NCBI RefSeq assembly: GCF_006345805.1
Contig: NC_042998.1
Location: 40,610,001 to 40,674,000, forward strand
Source of the DNA: Octopus sinensis
Lineage: Eukaryota
Length of the DNA: 64,000 bases
Direction of reading: 5' to 3'
Position numbers and translations under genes: made by a program. Under the pieces are notes generated by a model. That model was given only the letters and a program-made list of their open reading frames with translations. It made no database searches and was not told where the DNA came from. Of the stretch, positions 13,857-26,464 are shown piece by piece (position 1 is the first letter of the stretch; each line of letters begins with the position of its first letter).

Positions 13857-15145
13857 CAGGATGCAATGGGTAAATTGTTGCCATTTCATATTTTTAATTA
13901 TGTGCATGCATATTGTTTGTCTTTGATTTTGTTGACTACATGGTATAGTAGGGTCAATTGGGCACCGTCTGTGAGAAAAAAACAGCACCATGACACAATT
14001 CACTCTGTCAGAAATTTGGAAAGGACATGCTGTACTGCTTGGTATTCATTCCAATTCGAACATTTCAGAGTGTTTGGGTGTCAATCTGAGGACGGTGCCA
14101 AGGATTCAGAAAGAGTTGGATGAGTCTAATAGTGATTATGAAAGTATGGTAGCTTGGAAAACTTGCTCTGATCATTCTGGTTAGAAAAGAACTCCTGAAT
14201 TTGTTGGTAAGATCCAGGCCATGATTGACAATGATCCCTCCAAATCAATCAGGCCCATTGCCAGGAACATGGGAATATCTGAGTTTCTTATTAGGTAGAT
14301 AGTGCATGAAGACATTTGGTATTCCTCATGAGAAAGGGCCAATTTTTATCTCAAGCCATCAGGGACAAGAGGAAGGACCATGCTATACAAAGCTTTTAAA
14401 TGAACTTGAGCATCCCCTCCAACCGAACATGCTTTGGTTTTCTCAGCTGAGAAAAATTTCTGTCAGGATCAGATGGTGAACACACAGAACAACCGTTGGC
14501 TTGCCATGTCTCCAAAACATGTACTGAGAGTGATAAAAATCAAACATCCAGTCAACATCATGATGTTTGGAGTGATCACTAGTGATGGCAATGTTATGCC
14601 TCCATTCATCTTCCCACATGGCCTCAGACTCAACATGGAGGCCTACATCAAGTGCCTGGAGGAGGTAGTGCTGCCTTGGGTCAAGAGGGTGGCTGCTGGA
14701 AGACCTTATATCTGGCAACAGGACTCTGCACCATGCCACACAAGCAGGAGAACCCAGTCATGGCTGTCAGGCAATTTCTGCAACAAATCACCCCTAAATC
14801 TGGCCACTTAACTCCTCACACTGCAACCCCCTTGGTTACTATGTATGGGGTGCAGTTGAGTGAGAGACCAACAAAACTTGTTGTAACACCAAAGATGCAC
14901 TGAAGGCAACAGTTAGGGCAGCATTCACCAACTTAAACAAGATGACCATCCAGAAGAGTTGCAGAAGATTCTGAGGTCATCTGGAGATGGTGATCAAAGG
15001 CAATAGCGATTTTATTAAATAAATTTACTCTTTAGTATTTCAAAATATATTTATGTAATTTTGGTAAATATATCTGTTAAAATGAGATGTCCATGTTATT
15101 TTTGTTTTTGCGTAATTTAGATGACAATTTATACACTGTACCCTG
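13857..15145 (+). mobile_element. Tc1/mariner DNA transposon (DD..D, maT/rosa-like), inactivated
   Basis: Degenerate TIRs (TA-CAGGATGCAATGGGTAAATTGT / ACAATTTATACACTGTACCCTG-TA) enclose 1289 bp. Transposase motifs FS(A)EKNF, MMFGVITSDG, WQQDSAPCH and IWPLNSSHCNPLGYYVWG, with stops and frameshifts. Confidence 0.88.
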
Positions 15146-15344
15146 TACTTCATTACTCTTTATATGTGTGATATGTTTTGTCTAGGACATTCAGAGAATC
15201 CCTGGAATGTTCTATAAATTCCTACTGTGCAATTGCATGTGGAGGTGAATCTATTTTGTTCTTTTTTAGAGACACTGGCATTTTTAGGCTTTTGTACAAA
15301 TCTACTGTTGCATAACCTAGTGCATCTATCATAATAGGTACAGA

Positions 15345-15560
15345 TGTTTGTTTGTTTGTATGTATGTATGTATGTATGTATGTATATATGTATGTATGTA
15401 TGTATGTATATATGTATGTATGTTTGTATGTATGTATGTTTGTATGTATGTATGTATGTGTGTGTGTATATATATGTATGTATGTATATTTGTGTGTATT
15501 ATTGTATGCGTGCATATTTGTATGTGTGTGTGTGTGTATGTGTGTTTGTATGTGTATGTT
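15345..15560. repeat. (ATGT)n/(GT)n microsatellite
   Basis: Directly visible. Confidence 0.95.
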
Positions 15561-15841
15561 GTATTAAAATCACATTTTATGTGCTTGTCACACTTTGACC
15601 CAACCTGAATTTCACCCCTTACAAGTTTTTTCAGTGAAACATGCAAAAGTAGGTATTCCACAGAAGTAAAGTGACACTTTCATTTTGTTATCCATTTGTT
15701 CAATTCAGATAGATTTATACATGCATGCATAAGTTGTAATACTTATTTACTTGTTATTCTATTTTATTCTTTTAAATCTTCATTCATTGATGAAAAATTA
15801 GGATGGAAGAGATATTGCATGTACACATGTCTGTTCATACA

Positions 15842-15874
<33 letters not shown>

Positions 15875-15962
15875 GTTAGTTAGTTAGTTAGTTAGTTAAT
15901 TTGGCTCAAAAGCAAATAGCAAGGCCATGTAGGGGGACATGGAGTTAAGTACAGGGTGGTGT

Positions 15963-18851
15963 TCATGTAAAGAGTTCAGGCCACTTGAGGTCCAGGGAGG
16001 CTTTGAACAAAGCGGTCGTCGGCATCTTCACCATCTCGTCTGGCAGCTTGTTCCACGGATCTGCAACCCAGACGGAGAAAGCTCCTCTCCTTCGATTGAG
16101 ATGAAATCGTCGCAGGTAGAGCTTTTCGGAATGACCCCGCAGCCGACGCTCTGGAGCAGGAGTGAAGAACAGCTCTTTCGAGAGGTTACACTTTCCGCTT
16201 ATGATGTTGTGGGCGAGAATGAGATCACCACGGCGGCGGCGTTTTTCAAGAGAATAAAGGTCGAGCGTCCTCAGCCTTTCTTCGTAGGACAAATTTTTGA
16301 GACCATGAACCATGCGGGTAGCCAGCTTCTGGACTCTTTCGAGATGCTGTATGTCTTTGAGGAGATAAGGAGAAGAGGCTTGAATCCCATACTCCAGTAT
16401 GGGTCTCACCAGCGTGACATAGAGTGGTAGGAATATGGCTGCTGTGAGCATTCCGAATGACCGTCGAATCAAAAACAGAATTCCGCGCGCTTTGTTGGCA
16501 GCATGGACGCACTGGGCCGAAGGCGAAAAGGAGGAATCCACCAAGATACCCAGGTCCTTTACCTGATCGGTCCTCTCCAGCAGCAGACGACCCGGCTCGA
16601 AATCAAGTTGAGTTGCAGGAGTAGAACCGACAGGCAGATGACAGCACTTTGACACGTTCAGACACAGGTCCCAATCGTTAGACCACTTCCAAATTTGGTG
16701 GAGGCATCGACGAAGATCCTCTATATTACCGCGAGGAGCGACCAGTTTGATATCGTCGGCAAATAGAAGGGTGTGTTACGTGAGGTCGTCGGGCAAGTCA
16801 TTTATGAAGACTAAGAACAACAAGGGCCCAAGCACTGAACCTTGAGGCACGCCACTGCTTGCACTGGAGACGTCGGACCGCGAACCATTAACTTGGACTT
16901 GGAAGGAGCGATCTGAGAGGAAGGCACCAACCCATCGTATAATATCCGGATGGAAACTATATGCTTGAAGCTTGACAAGTAATAGGCGGTGGTTTACCGA
17001 GTCAAAAGCTTTGGCAAAGTCCAATAAAACGATGTCAACAGCATCACTATCATCGAGGATGCACGTCACCAATTCTTCCATTACTAGTAAGTTGGTCAAG
17101 CATGATCTCTTCGGCACGAAGCCGTGTTGGGAATCAGAGATAGAGGCTGTGTTTAGGAGGTGGAGCATCATACTTTTCTTAAGGATGGTTTCGAACATCT
17201 TGCTGATTATTGATGTAAGGGAAACCGGTCGGTAGTTAAGCGGGTCTTCGCGGCTCCCTTTCTTGAAAATTGGGCAGATTATCGCTGTTCTCCAGTCTGC
17301 AGGTATAACACCCGTCGCCAATGACATATTGAATAGTCGTGTTAAGGGCTCGCAGATGACCGGAGCCAACGCTTTGATAACCCGTGGGTGTATGCCGTCA
17401 GGGCCATGACCCTTGTTGGCATCGAGGCCTTGAATAACACGTTTCACTTCGTCCCGCGTGATGACCAATCGAAGCATTGGAGGTACCGATCTATCAAATG
17501 GAGGGGGTTCACGACCATCATCTTGTTTGAAAATAGTTGAAAAAGCCTCGGCAAATAATTGACTCTGTTGATAAGGGTCCTCAATCGATACACCTGTTGA
17601 GCCTACCAACGTTGCAATCTGGTTGTTCAAGCGGGAATTCCACTGGACATGGGCAAAGAAGGTTTTTGGATTGCTACTGGCATTTGCCGCGATTTTGTAT
17701 TCATAACTGAAGCGTTCTTTCTTTTCAATTTTCACGGCTCGGTCTCGTTGAGTTTTGTACACCTCAAAAGCTGCAGTCGAATCCAGATTTTTGAATTCAG
17801 CCCAAGCAATATCTCTGAGTCGACGTTCTCGTTTAACCTTCTTCGTCACCCAGGGCTTGTGTTTCTTCTTCTTGGGAAGCCCAACGGGAACTGCCTGGTC
17901 AGTCAAACAGATTACATATGCTTTGAGGGATGACCATAGTTCGTCAACAGAGGACAACGTCATCAGGGATCGCCAGTCCAGAAGCGCGGAAGCCTCGGTT
18001 AGAATTTCAAGATTAATTGCAGAGAAGACTCTACGTGGCAGCGAAGTAGTCGTGGGCGTAGAAAAAGTTGTGTGCATGACGAACTTCAGGACCGCATGAT
18101 CACTCTTGGCAAGAGGGGCGCACACAGATACGTCTGACACTGATCTTGGATAGCGGGAGAATACCAGATCTAGCATAGATGGCTGCTGCCCAGGCCGATG
18201 CCTTGTCGGATATTCAACATGTTGCGATAGAAAACAATCTTCAGCCACGTCAAGAAGGGCCTGGCCGAAACGGGAAGATGTTGTACAAATTGATGCGGGC
18301 CAATCGATCGTGGGAGCGTTGAAGTCTCCTAGTACCAAACAGTCATGCGAAGCTGAAACGAATCTTATCGCTTCGAGTAAATGAGCATCGTCCTGGGGGT
18401 CGGCAAGAGGCGGCCTGTAGACAGCCAACACGGGCAGGCAAAACTCAGATAGGCTCAGCTTGCAATAGACGGCATCGAATTTTGTTGTAGGTTGAGCATT
18501 AGTGGGTAGAATACCGCTGGACGGTTTGTGCTCAGACTTAACATACACAGCAACACCTCCACCTCGCCTTTTTCCTCTGTCACATCTGAAAAGGACGTAG
18601 CCCTGCAGGTGGATTTCTGAGTCCTTTACTGCTGGAGTCAGCCAAGTCTCGGTGATAGCTATCACATCAGGGGAGTCACGTATGGCCAGTGTAAATAGTT
18701 CACTGAACTTTGGGAATAAGGAGCACGAGTTGGTGTAGACGATGCTGAGCTGTGAAGTCTGAGGGGCGGGAGTTGGGGAACAAGCAGAATAAGGGGTATC
18801 AGAGATAGCATCGTTGACGGGGGTATCAACTTCACTTCGATCTGCCCTCAC
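15963..18851 (-). pseudogene. LINE ORF2: apurinic-like endonuclease plus reverse transcriptase, with one in-frame TAA at 16776-16778
   Basis: APE motifs YTNSCSL, IAITETWL, VLGDFNAP, LDLVF, SDH. RT motifs YRPVSLTS, QHGF, LDFAKAFDSV, GVPQGSVLGPLLF, then LT*HTLLFADDIKL in the same frame through to ...WNKLP...ELFT*. ORFs 16776..18851 and 15963..16655 share a frame, and I found no stop between them. Confidence 0.95.
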
Positions 18852-19781
18852 ATCACTTTCCCTGTCAGCACTACAGCATGGGACCAGAGGTAGGACTTGA
18901 TTATCTGTCCATCTTGGATTCGTAAACCCTTCTCTCCCATTTGTTTCCTCATCTTTAGTTTGGATATTAGGTTTCTCCGGCGAATTCTCTCTCTTAGTGA
19001 GTATTCCTCGCGAAAACCCATATTGGGGTCCTCCCAGGCATGCGTCTGAGCTCTGTTCAGAAAGACTGAAGCCTCCTGATCGGAGGAGAAGATTACCCTT
19101 ATTGGGCGTGGTCTAGTATCCGAGGTTGGGTTCGCTTGGAACCTTCCTAGCCGAGCGACCTTATGGACACTGACATTTTCGTTCACAGAGAACAATTTTC
19201 CAACTAAAATGGAAACAAAATTAATGTCATCTTTTAGGCGGTTTATGCCTGTATCACAGGTGGATTCAGCTTTACCATAAATTATTGCTGATCTTGAGTG
19301 GGCAAAATGTTCTCTACTATGAGCTGCAATATTCGATTCTTCATTGGAAGATTTCGAAAGGGTGGTTTCATAGCCATCGGACTTATGTTGGCCTGTGGGG
19401 TCGATCGGAATGGGTTTAGTGGTCATAATTTTCCCGCCTGGTTTGGAACTGCACTGCCTCTTCTTCGGTTTGGGGGAGCACCACTCCCCAGATGAACTCA
19501 CATCGAGATCGTTCAGAATTGGTTGAGCAATGGCATTAATGGGAAGGACAAGTGAGGGAGAATCCAAACAGATTTTATCATGATCAGGTTTCATAGCTAA
19601 ATCTGCCCCACTGGAGTTTTGACTACGTTTCTTCTTTTGGGGAGAACAACGGTCCTCAGGTGGGTTTGAGTCTACGCTCCTCAAATTAGGTTGGGGAACC
19701 TCCGGGACCGAAAAGGCAGATGAGGAAGAATCCGCACAGGAACGATCATGTGCAGAAACGACCGCCGGTTCCTTCGCCTTA
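18848..19781 (-). CDS. LINE ORF1 (CR1/L2-type nucleic-acid chaperone-like), N-terminus probably missing
   Basis: Uninterrupted frame with SAIIYGKAES, VARLGR, RPRPIRVIF and SLRERIRRRNL...KGLRIQDGQI, typical of this ORF1 class. The first ~68 aa of the 378-aa track ORF come from flanking host microsatellite. Confidence 0.8.
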
Positions 19782-20452
19782 CATGCACAAAGACAGGCAC
19801 ACAGACAAACACACATATATATGCATACACAAACACACAGATACAAACATATACCTAGAAGAAAGAGAGAGAGACAAAGAGAGAGAGAGAGAGAAAGAGA
19901 GAGACAGTGAAAAATTGGGTGATTTTCAACTATTTTTCTCAATTTTAGTCTACTGACATGTTCCCCTAAACCCCAAGAAAGCATTCCTTATTCTCTTTGA
20001 AAGTAATTCATAGTGTTTTATCATTGAACAAATAAACAGTATTATGCTAAGGTGAAGTGTCCATTTCAGGATTTTTCTGGGGTGAGATAATTAGAGAGAT
20101 ATTTTTCATAAAATATAATAGATCTTTGCTGAAACAGCATAAAAATATTATAGATTGGCAATATTTTGATGTCACTCCTGATAACATCACTCTGTGTAAC
20201 CACACACCTTTTTGTGATGCTGTTGTTTATCTGCATTCCTCATAAGGAATTCTTACATTCATTACTGTAATTTGAAAGAAATCATCCATTCTCTTGAGTG
20301 AGTTAATTAGGAGTTAATACCCATGTAGGGATTGACTTGATTGATGTCATACATGTGTCCCCCCTTCAAATAAGTGAGATCCTTCAATATCTTCTAATGA
20401 ATGTCAAAAGGCTAAAATTTTTGCTTGCCATTCTTCATCTCCCCTTTAAAAG

Positions 20453-20490
<38 letters not shown>

Positions 20491-20526
20491 TGTGTGTGTG
20501 CATGTGTTTATGTGTGCATGTGCGTG

Positions 20527-20995
20527 TATCTTTTACTTGTTTCAGTCATTGGATTGCAGCCATGCTGGGGAATTGCTTCAAAGGGCTCGATTGAACAAAT
20601 TAACCTTAGTGCTTATTTTTCTTTTTAGATCTGGTACTTATTCTATCCATCCCTTTTTAGATCTTTTTTAGATCTGGTACTTATTCTATCCATATCTTTT
20701 GCTGAATCACTAAGTTACTGGAATGTAAACAAACCAGTGCTAGTAGTCAAGCTGTGGTGAGGGGACAAACACAAAGACTAGCATGCACACACACACCCAC
20801 ATCCACACACACACACACACACATGCACGCGCGCACACGTGCACACATATATACACACGCACACACATATGCACATACATACAACAGGTTTCTTTCGGTT
20901 TCTGTTTAGCAAATCTACTCACAATGCTTTGATTGCCCAAGATGCCATTCAGTGAAACTGAAGCTGAAATCGAAATATCTTACCACACAACAATA
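20527..20995 (-). mobile_element. tRNA-derived SINE (family B), with a small internal tandem duplication
   Basis: Reverse complement of the family B body. tttttagatctggtacttattctatccat occurs twice (20622-20650, 20665-20693). Confidence 0.75.
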
Positions 20996-22118
20996 CATAC
21001 ATCTGTCTGTCTGTTTATTTATTTATCTATCTATCTATTTATAGAATATACAATTAACATACTTCTACAGTATTTCTATTTATTTTACATTTTCTGAACT
21101 ATTTATAAACAATATAAACACTATTTATAAACTGTTGTTCAAAAGTTCATAACATTTATATAACAAAACAAACATTTATATTATAAAACAATGTTTAAGC
21201 TTATTTTATAAAAATGGTGACTATGTTCTATTTGTGTATTTATAGTATACCACTGTCAGACAGACCATCATTTTCTATTGTCATTAAGCATCAAGCTTTA
21301 TGTTTTATAGACATTAATGTTTATTTTATTATTACTGATTATACATTGAAGGAAGTGGGCAAGCAGAAACAGTGCAAATTGCAATATTTATTTACATTTC
21401 ATTCTGTTCTAAGATCAAAATTCTGTCAGGGTCAACTTTGGCTTTCATCCTTCATGTTAATACTATGGTTGATTAAATCAACTACACCCATCTCTATCAA
21501 ATTCCTTGCTTTGTGCCAATATAAGAAATTATTATAGACATATTAATATTTATGTTAGAAGAAATATTTAGGCTACATAGTTTAGAGTCATTATTTATAC
21601 CATAATTACTACCAGAATCCAGCCAGCCAACAAACCATCCTACCAACTACTAAAAATACATAATCTTTTCTCATTGTCTAACTCTTTATATGTTATTATC
21701 ATAGTATATTAAGTTATGAAGAAATAACTTCATCAGTAACTTAGGACAATAAATAAATTTGTGGATACCAACATTAATGAAATATTTTAATGATTAATGA
21801 TTTGTCTTCCTTTGTTAAAGATGTCAGCTGAAATATAAAACTAACGTTTACAGAGTTTACAATAAAACGTTTATATAACAAATACTTTCAATGTACAATA
21901 ATGTTGTGCTGCTGTTGTTGTTATAGTAGTGGTGGTGGTGGTGGTGGTGGTTGGATTATGATGCAATACAGTCATATTGTTTATGTGCTTGAAGATATGT
22001 TTGTTGTTGTTGTTTTTAGCCAGATGTTGGCCTTGAATGAGCTGACTTACGAACAAAGTCATTTGAATCTGGATCTTCTCAACTTTGTATTTTAGGTTGT
22101 AGGATATTGATGACTATA

Positions 22119-22989
22119 TGAGGGGGTACCCAAAAGTACCCGGAAACATTCTCTGTGGGACAATCCCACTTGATGCAATCCCCAGGCATCAGTCTGCTGA
22201 CCGGCATGTGACATTGTACTGCCACATGGTGCATCTTTATTTTGCAGTGTTTCTCCCCTGTTCATCAATTTTTGTGATGGCTGAAATGAAAGAACAGTGT
22301 GCTTCCTTGAAATTCTGTTTTCTGCTTGGGAAAATGGTGGCTGAAACAGTTCTCAAGCGTCAAACAACTTACAAGGCCACTGCCATGAGCAAAATACAAG
22401 TTTACAAGTGGTTTTCACACTTCAGGAATGATCACTTATCACTTGAAGAACAATCTCATTCAGGACGACCTTCAATTTCCTGAACAAACTAAACCATCAC
22501 AAAAATTCATGAACTGATTTTGGAGGACCGTCACCAAACAATTGATGAACTTGTTTATATGACTGGTGTGTCTTGGAGCACCTGCCAATGAATTTTGAGT
22601 GATGAATTGCGAATGAAAAGATTTGCAGCAAAATTTGTGTTGCACTTGCTCACGGAAGATCAAACGAAGTCAAGACTGGATGACTGTCATGAATTCATAG
22701 AACAATTGAAAGTTGATCCAGACCTATTTTTGAAGGTCATCACTGACAAGAACTGACACTACAGAATTTGCAAATGTGGAAGAGGTGAAGAAAAGAATGA
22801 CGGAGGCATTAGAAGGTATAACTTCACCAGAGTTCCAGCACTGCTGCAGGTAGTTGAAAACGTGCCTGGACTGAAGCATTGCTTGAAATGGAGAATACAT
22901 TGAAGGTGATAAAAGTGTAAACATGCAATAAAATAATAAATGAATAAAATAATATTGCAAAATTCTGGTTTCTTTTGGGTAACCCCTCA
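22119..22989 (+). mobile_element. mariner transposon, internally deleted (catalytic region largely lost)
   Basis: TIRs TA-TGAGGGGGTACCCAAAAGTACC / GGTTTCTTTTGGGTAACCCCTCA-TA. HTH region EQCASLKFCFLLGK...VYKWFSHF...SGRPS and RFAAKFVLHLL, then a jump to the C-terminal ...GEYIEG. Confidence 0.9.
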
Positions 22990-23112
22990 TATGTGTTTTT
23001 CTTTTCATAAGATGGTACAGTGTGATCTGAGAGATATATAGTTAATAGGTTAACCAACCACTTAAAGGTGGTGGCCAAATGATATTTGATCACTTATTAG
23101 AATTCTTTATAT

Positions 23113-23456
23113 CAGTGATTCTCAATCACCTTTTGCCTATGGACCCCTTTTATTACTATTTCATTCTAGTGGACCCTCATAGCCATTCACTGTTTAAAAA
23201 CTAGTTTTATAGATTCTTTTTCAAAATTCCTTTTTTTTTTTATTGACTCATTCACTTGTATAGGTTGAACTTTGTAAAATATTTGCAAAACAAACCTAGC
23301 TGCATCTTGTAATAGATACATCTAATGCAAAAAGTTTTTCATGGACCCTTGATGTACTACTGTAGATCCCCAAAATTTACTATTTTGCTTCCATGGACCC
23401 CTAAAAATCTTATATGGAGCCCCTGGGGTCATATGGACTCCATTTGAGAACAACTG
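23113..23456. mobile_element. hAT-like MITE
   Basis: Terminal CAGTGATTCTCAA / TTGAGAACAACTG inverted repeats, internal atggaccc subterminal motifs, no ORF. Confidence 0.65.
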
Positions 23457-24239
23457 CTCTTGATTGTCATAAATGTCCACAAAAGATAAAGTTCTTGATA
23501 AGGTCGACTAATTTATTAGAAGATAAGTATGGTTGAGTAGTTAACAAGTTTGTTTTGCAATCATGAAGTCGCAGGTTCAATTCCATCGCACAATACTTTG
23601 GGCGAGTGCCTACTGCTAAAGTCTCACATTTACCAAAGCTTTGTTAGTGAATGCAAGCACAGTTTGTTAAAAGGACTCAAAAGAAACCCTTTGAATAAAT
23701 TACATATACAATTTAAAAGGCAAACCTTGTCACATGCAATTTCAGTCTAATTTTTGCCTAAGTATTCAGTTCAGAGTTCAAATGTCTGTGGAAAACTCAG
23801 CCACTCATTTCTAATTCAATGAATTGAGTCCACTCAGCTGGCAAAAATGAGTAATCCTGCAATAGACAGGCATCTCATCCAGGTGTGGAATTTATATGCC
23901 ATGAAACTGGGAAACTAGCCTTATTAGTTGGCTTGACTTGAGAAGGTAATTTCTTTTTTTAATTCAATGAATTAGTAGTTCTACTCAGCAAACATGCCAA
24001 ATACCAGTAGCCCAGCTAGTGTGTGTGTGTGGTGGGGAGTGACACTTTTATGGGAGTGGCACTTTTGGGTCTGCTGCAAAGGCCTGTACAGTGGGTGGGG
24101 TGGAAAACTCAAAGGCTGCCCTGTGTTACACATACTGTAGCTATGCCACTACCAGGTGCATCTAACTTAGCTGTCAACAAGTTTAGAAGTCAAACCTTAA
24201 CAATAAGTTATATATTAAAAATAAATTAATGAGATCAGA

Positions 24240-25230
24240 CATACAGATGGAGAGAAAAAAACAATGGTAATGAAGACTTATGATTAAAAAACGTAAACCT
24301 AAGGGAAAAGATTTTGAAGAAGAGATGGTAGGGATTGGCAGAAACCAACTAACTTAACATGGGAGAGAAAGTGAAGAACATTTTTTTTGCATAACACTAC
24401 GATCTTCTCACTTAACAAAAATGTTTCTTTTGTGAATTTCTTTAGAAAGATAGATATCATGGGTGTTCATTCATCTTTTTTGCATCACCAACACATGATA
24501 GCATTCATCTTTTGACATATGATAACAAGGCTTCAATTAATAAGGGTAACGAAGAAACACAACACATTAAGTAAAAAAAGAAAAAGAAAAAATCCGAAAA
24601 ACAAAATAATTCTCCTTTAACAACATTTAATAGATGAACTAAATTGTAGATAATTATGTGAAATACCAGCCAAATTTCTCTCAAATTACACCTTATAATT
24701 TTATGAAAGGAAGAACACATGTTTAAAAAAGAAAAAGAGGCTTGGTGATTACAGCTGGAATGCTCATAGATCTACTTAATGAAAATGGGCTAAGTTTAAA
24801 TGACAACTATCATAACACAACCATAACAACTGCAGTGCTAGAAGGCTGAGGAAGGGATGAAATGAAATGAGGAAGTCAGGATGTTGGGCTCACAGATAAG
24901 ATAAAAAGGATTGAAAGAAATGGTGATGTACTATACACCAGACTTATTCAACCCATAATAGATGTCAGACAAACCAAATAGAGAATCTCTGTAGACACTC
25001 TAATACCTGTTATATATGGAGCTGATCTGTTAGAAACAAATGTTAATCTTCCTCAATTCACTTTCAATTATTTTAAAACAGACAGAAAAGACGCATTGGT
25101 AATATAGATATACTATGCCAAAAAAAAACAAAAAAAACAAAACAGGCAGGATGATTATGGTTGGAACACCTTTAATAAAAATTCTGGAGGAAGGGGCATT
25201 TGCTAAATAGTAGTTGTGAAACATTAAATA
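24240..25230 (+). mobile_element. Highly decayed N-terminal fragment of an R4/Dong-like retrotransposon
   Basis: Stop-interrupted frame ...RISVDTLIPVIYGADLLETN...GWNTF resembles the N-terminal region of the elements at 42.5 and 44.2 kb. Weak, by-eye similarity only. Confidence 0.35.
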
Positions 25231-25709
25231 TATTCAATAATATTATACTGTTCCTTCCCTCTCTTTCTAACTATTCCCTCTCCTCCTCCAGCACTTCTAT
25301 TTCTATGATTCTTTCTCTCTCACTCTGTATGTGTGTATGTGTGTGTGTGTGGTGTGTGTGTGTGTGTGTTGTGTGTGTGTGTGTGTGTACTGGGGATGAC
25401 AGCAATCAATTGTTAAAGACCATGTTTGCATGATGAGAGCTGACTTGGCGCAAAAAAGCAATACCAATATGTATAGCCATGAAGCAAGAGAATCTTGGAT
25501 GAAATAAATGGGTTGGTACACAGCCTGTAAGTTCAGAAACCATTGTGATGTGGTAACAGTAATTAATGTTGTTTAGCCAGGTTAGCCATGAATGAGTGGA
25601 CGTTGATCAAACTGATTCCAAACATGACCATTCCATCTTGTTTTTGTTTTTAAATCCAGTATTTATGTTTCATAGTGGTAAGGTATGATATGAGGGAGAC
25701 GATTACTAT

Positions 25710-25926
25710 TTAGCCCTTTAGCGGTAAACTGGCCATATTCGGCAAAAATATTCTACCTATTTTAAGTTCAAACTGACCAGATCTAGCCTCTCACAATAAC
25801 CCTACAATATCATTCTAAAAATCTCATCAAAATCTCACAGCTACAAGATAATGCATGCTTAATTCAAAACAATGTGAATGAATAAGTATTACATTTGATA
25901 GAATAATGTGAAAGCTAAAGGGTTAA
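25710..25926 (+). mobile_element. MITE-like repeat (family E)
   Basis: ccctttagc...gctaaagggtta termini. Similar to 27075-27305. Confidence 0.7.
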
Positions 25927-26104
25927 ACAGATCAAGTAACCACTCAGAGGCTCCCTTAGTAGCAGTGTAGAAAAAGAATGAAAAAAAGATGCAAATACAG
26001 TTGTGAATTTTCACTCAGTGAAGGTCTGTCCATCACGTTTATAACTTAATTATGTAAACAAAATATAGCTAAGAGAAATAGCTCAAATAAATCAATGAGA
26101 TCAA

Positions 26105-26328
26105 TTAGCCTTTTAGATACCATATTTCAGTTGAAACATATTATCTTCGATTAAAAAAATCTGGAAAATAATGAAGAATTTAGTAAAATAATTTTGTTGT
26201 TATTAAGCTGGTGTTTGGAACATAACATGAAATTTTGATGAAAGGCTTTAATTTAGATGACGTTAAAAAATAAAATTTGTATTATGAGATCAGGGGCCGT
26301 CTCAAGTGAGTTGGTATCAAAAGGGTTA
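26105..26328. mobile_element. MITE-like repeat with cctttt(a)gatacc / ggtatcaaaagggttaa termini
   Basis: Imperfect terminal inverted repeat. Body resembles the fragment near 12110-12170. Confidence 0.5.
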
Positions 26329-26464
26329 AGTTAAGTGAAGTAGGTGTTGATGTAATGAATCGTCTATTCAAAATTTCATAACGGGTTAAAATTTACTTCT
26401 TAGTTGGAGAAAGAATATGCAAACCTAATAGCAGTCTATGAGTTTAGTGACTCATAAGGGGAAA

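Larger units (their letters stand above)
15876..19781 (-). mobile_element. CR1-clade LINE retrotransposon, near-intact, probably 5'-truncated, with (TAAC)n tail
   Basis: ORF1 plus APE-RT ORF2, a short 3' UTR and (TAAC)n at 15876-15899. Visibly GC-richer than the flanks and inserted in host microsatellite. 5' boundary approximate. Confidence 0.95.

Noticed and set aside
15222-15340. Protein-like tail of track ORF (DALGYATVDLYKSLKMPVSLKKNKIDSPPHAIAQ)
   Set aside because: Poor acceptor context and only superficial similarity to the myosin PPH..AIA motif.
15939-18099. Plus-strand ORFs of 87-163 aa
   Set aside because: They are antisense shadows of the LINE ORF2.
24990-25100. Apparent exon DTLIPVIYGADLLETNVNLPQFTFNYFK
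   Set aside because: The same frame continues on both sides through stops, which fits a decayed retrotransposon ORF.
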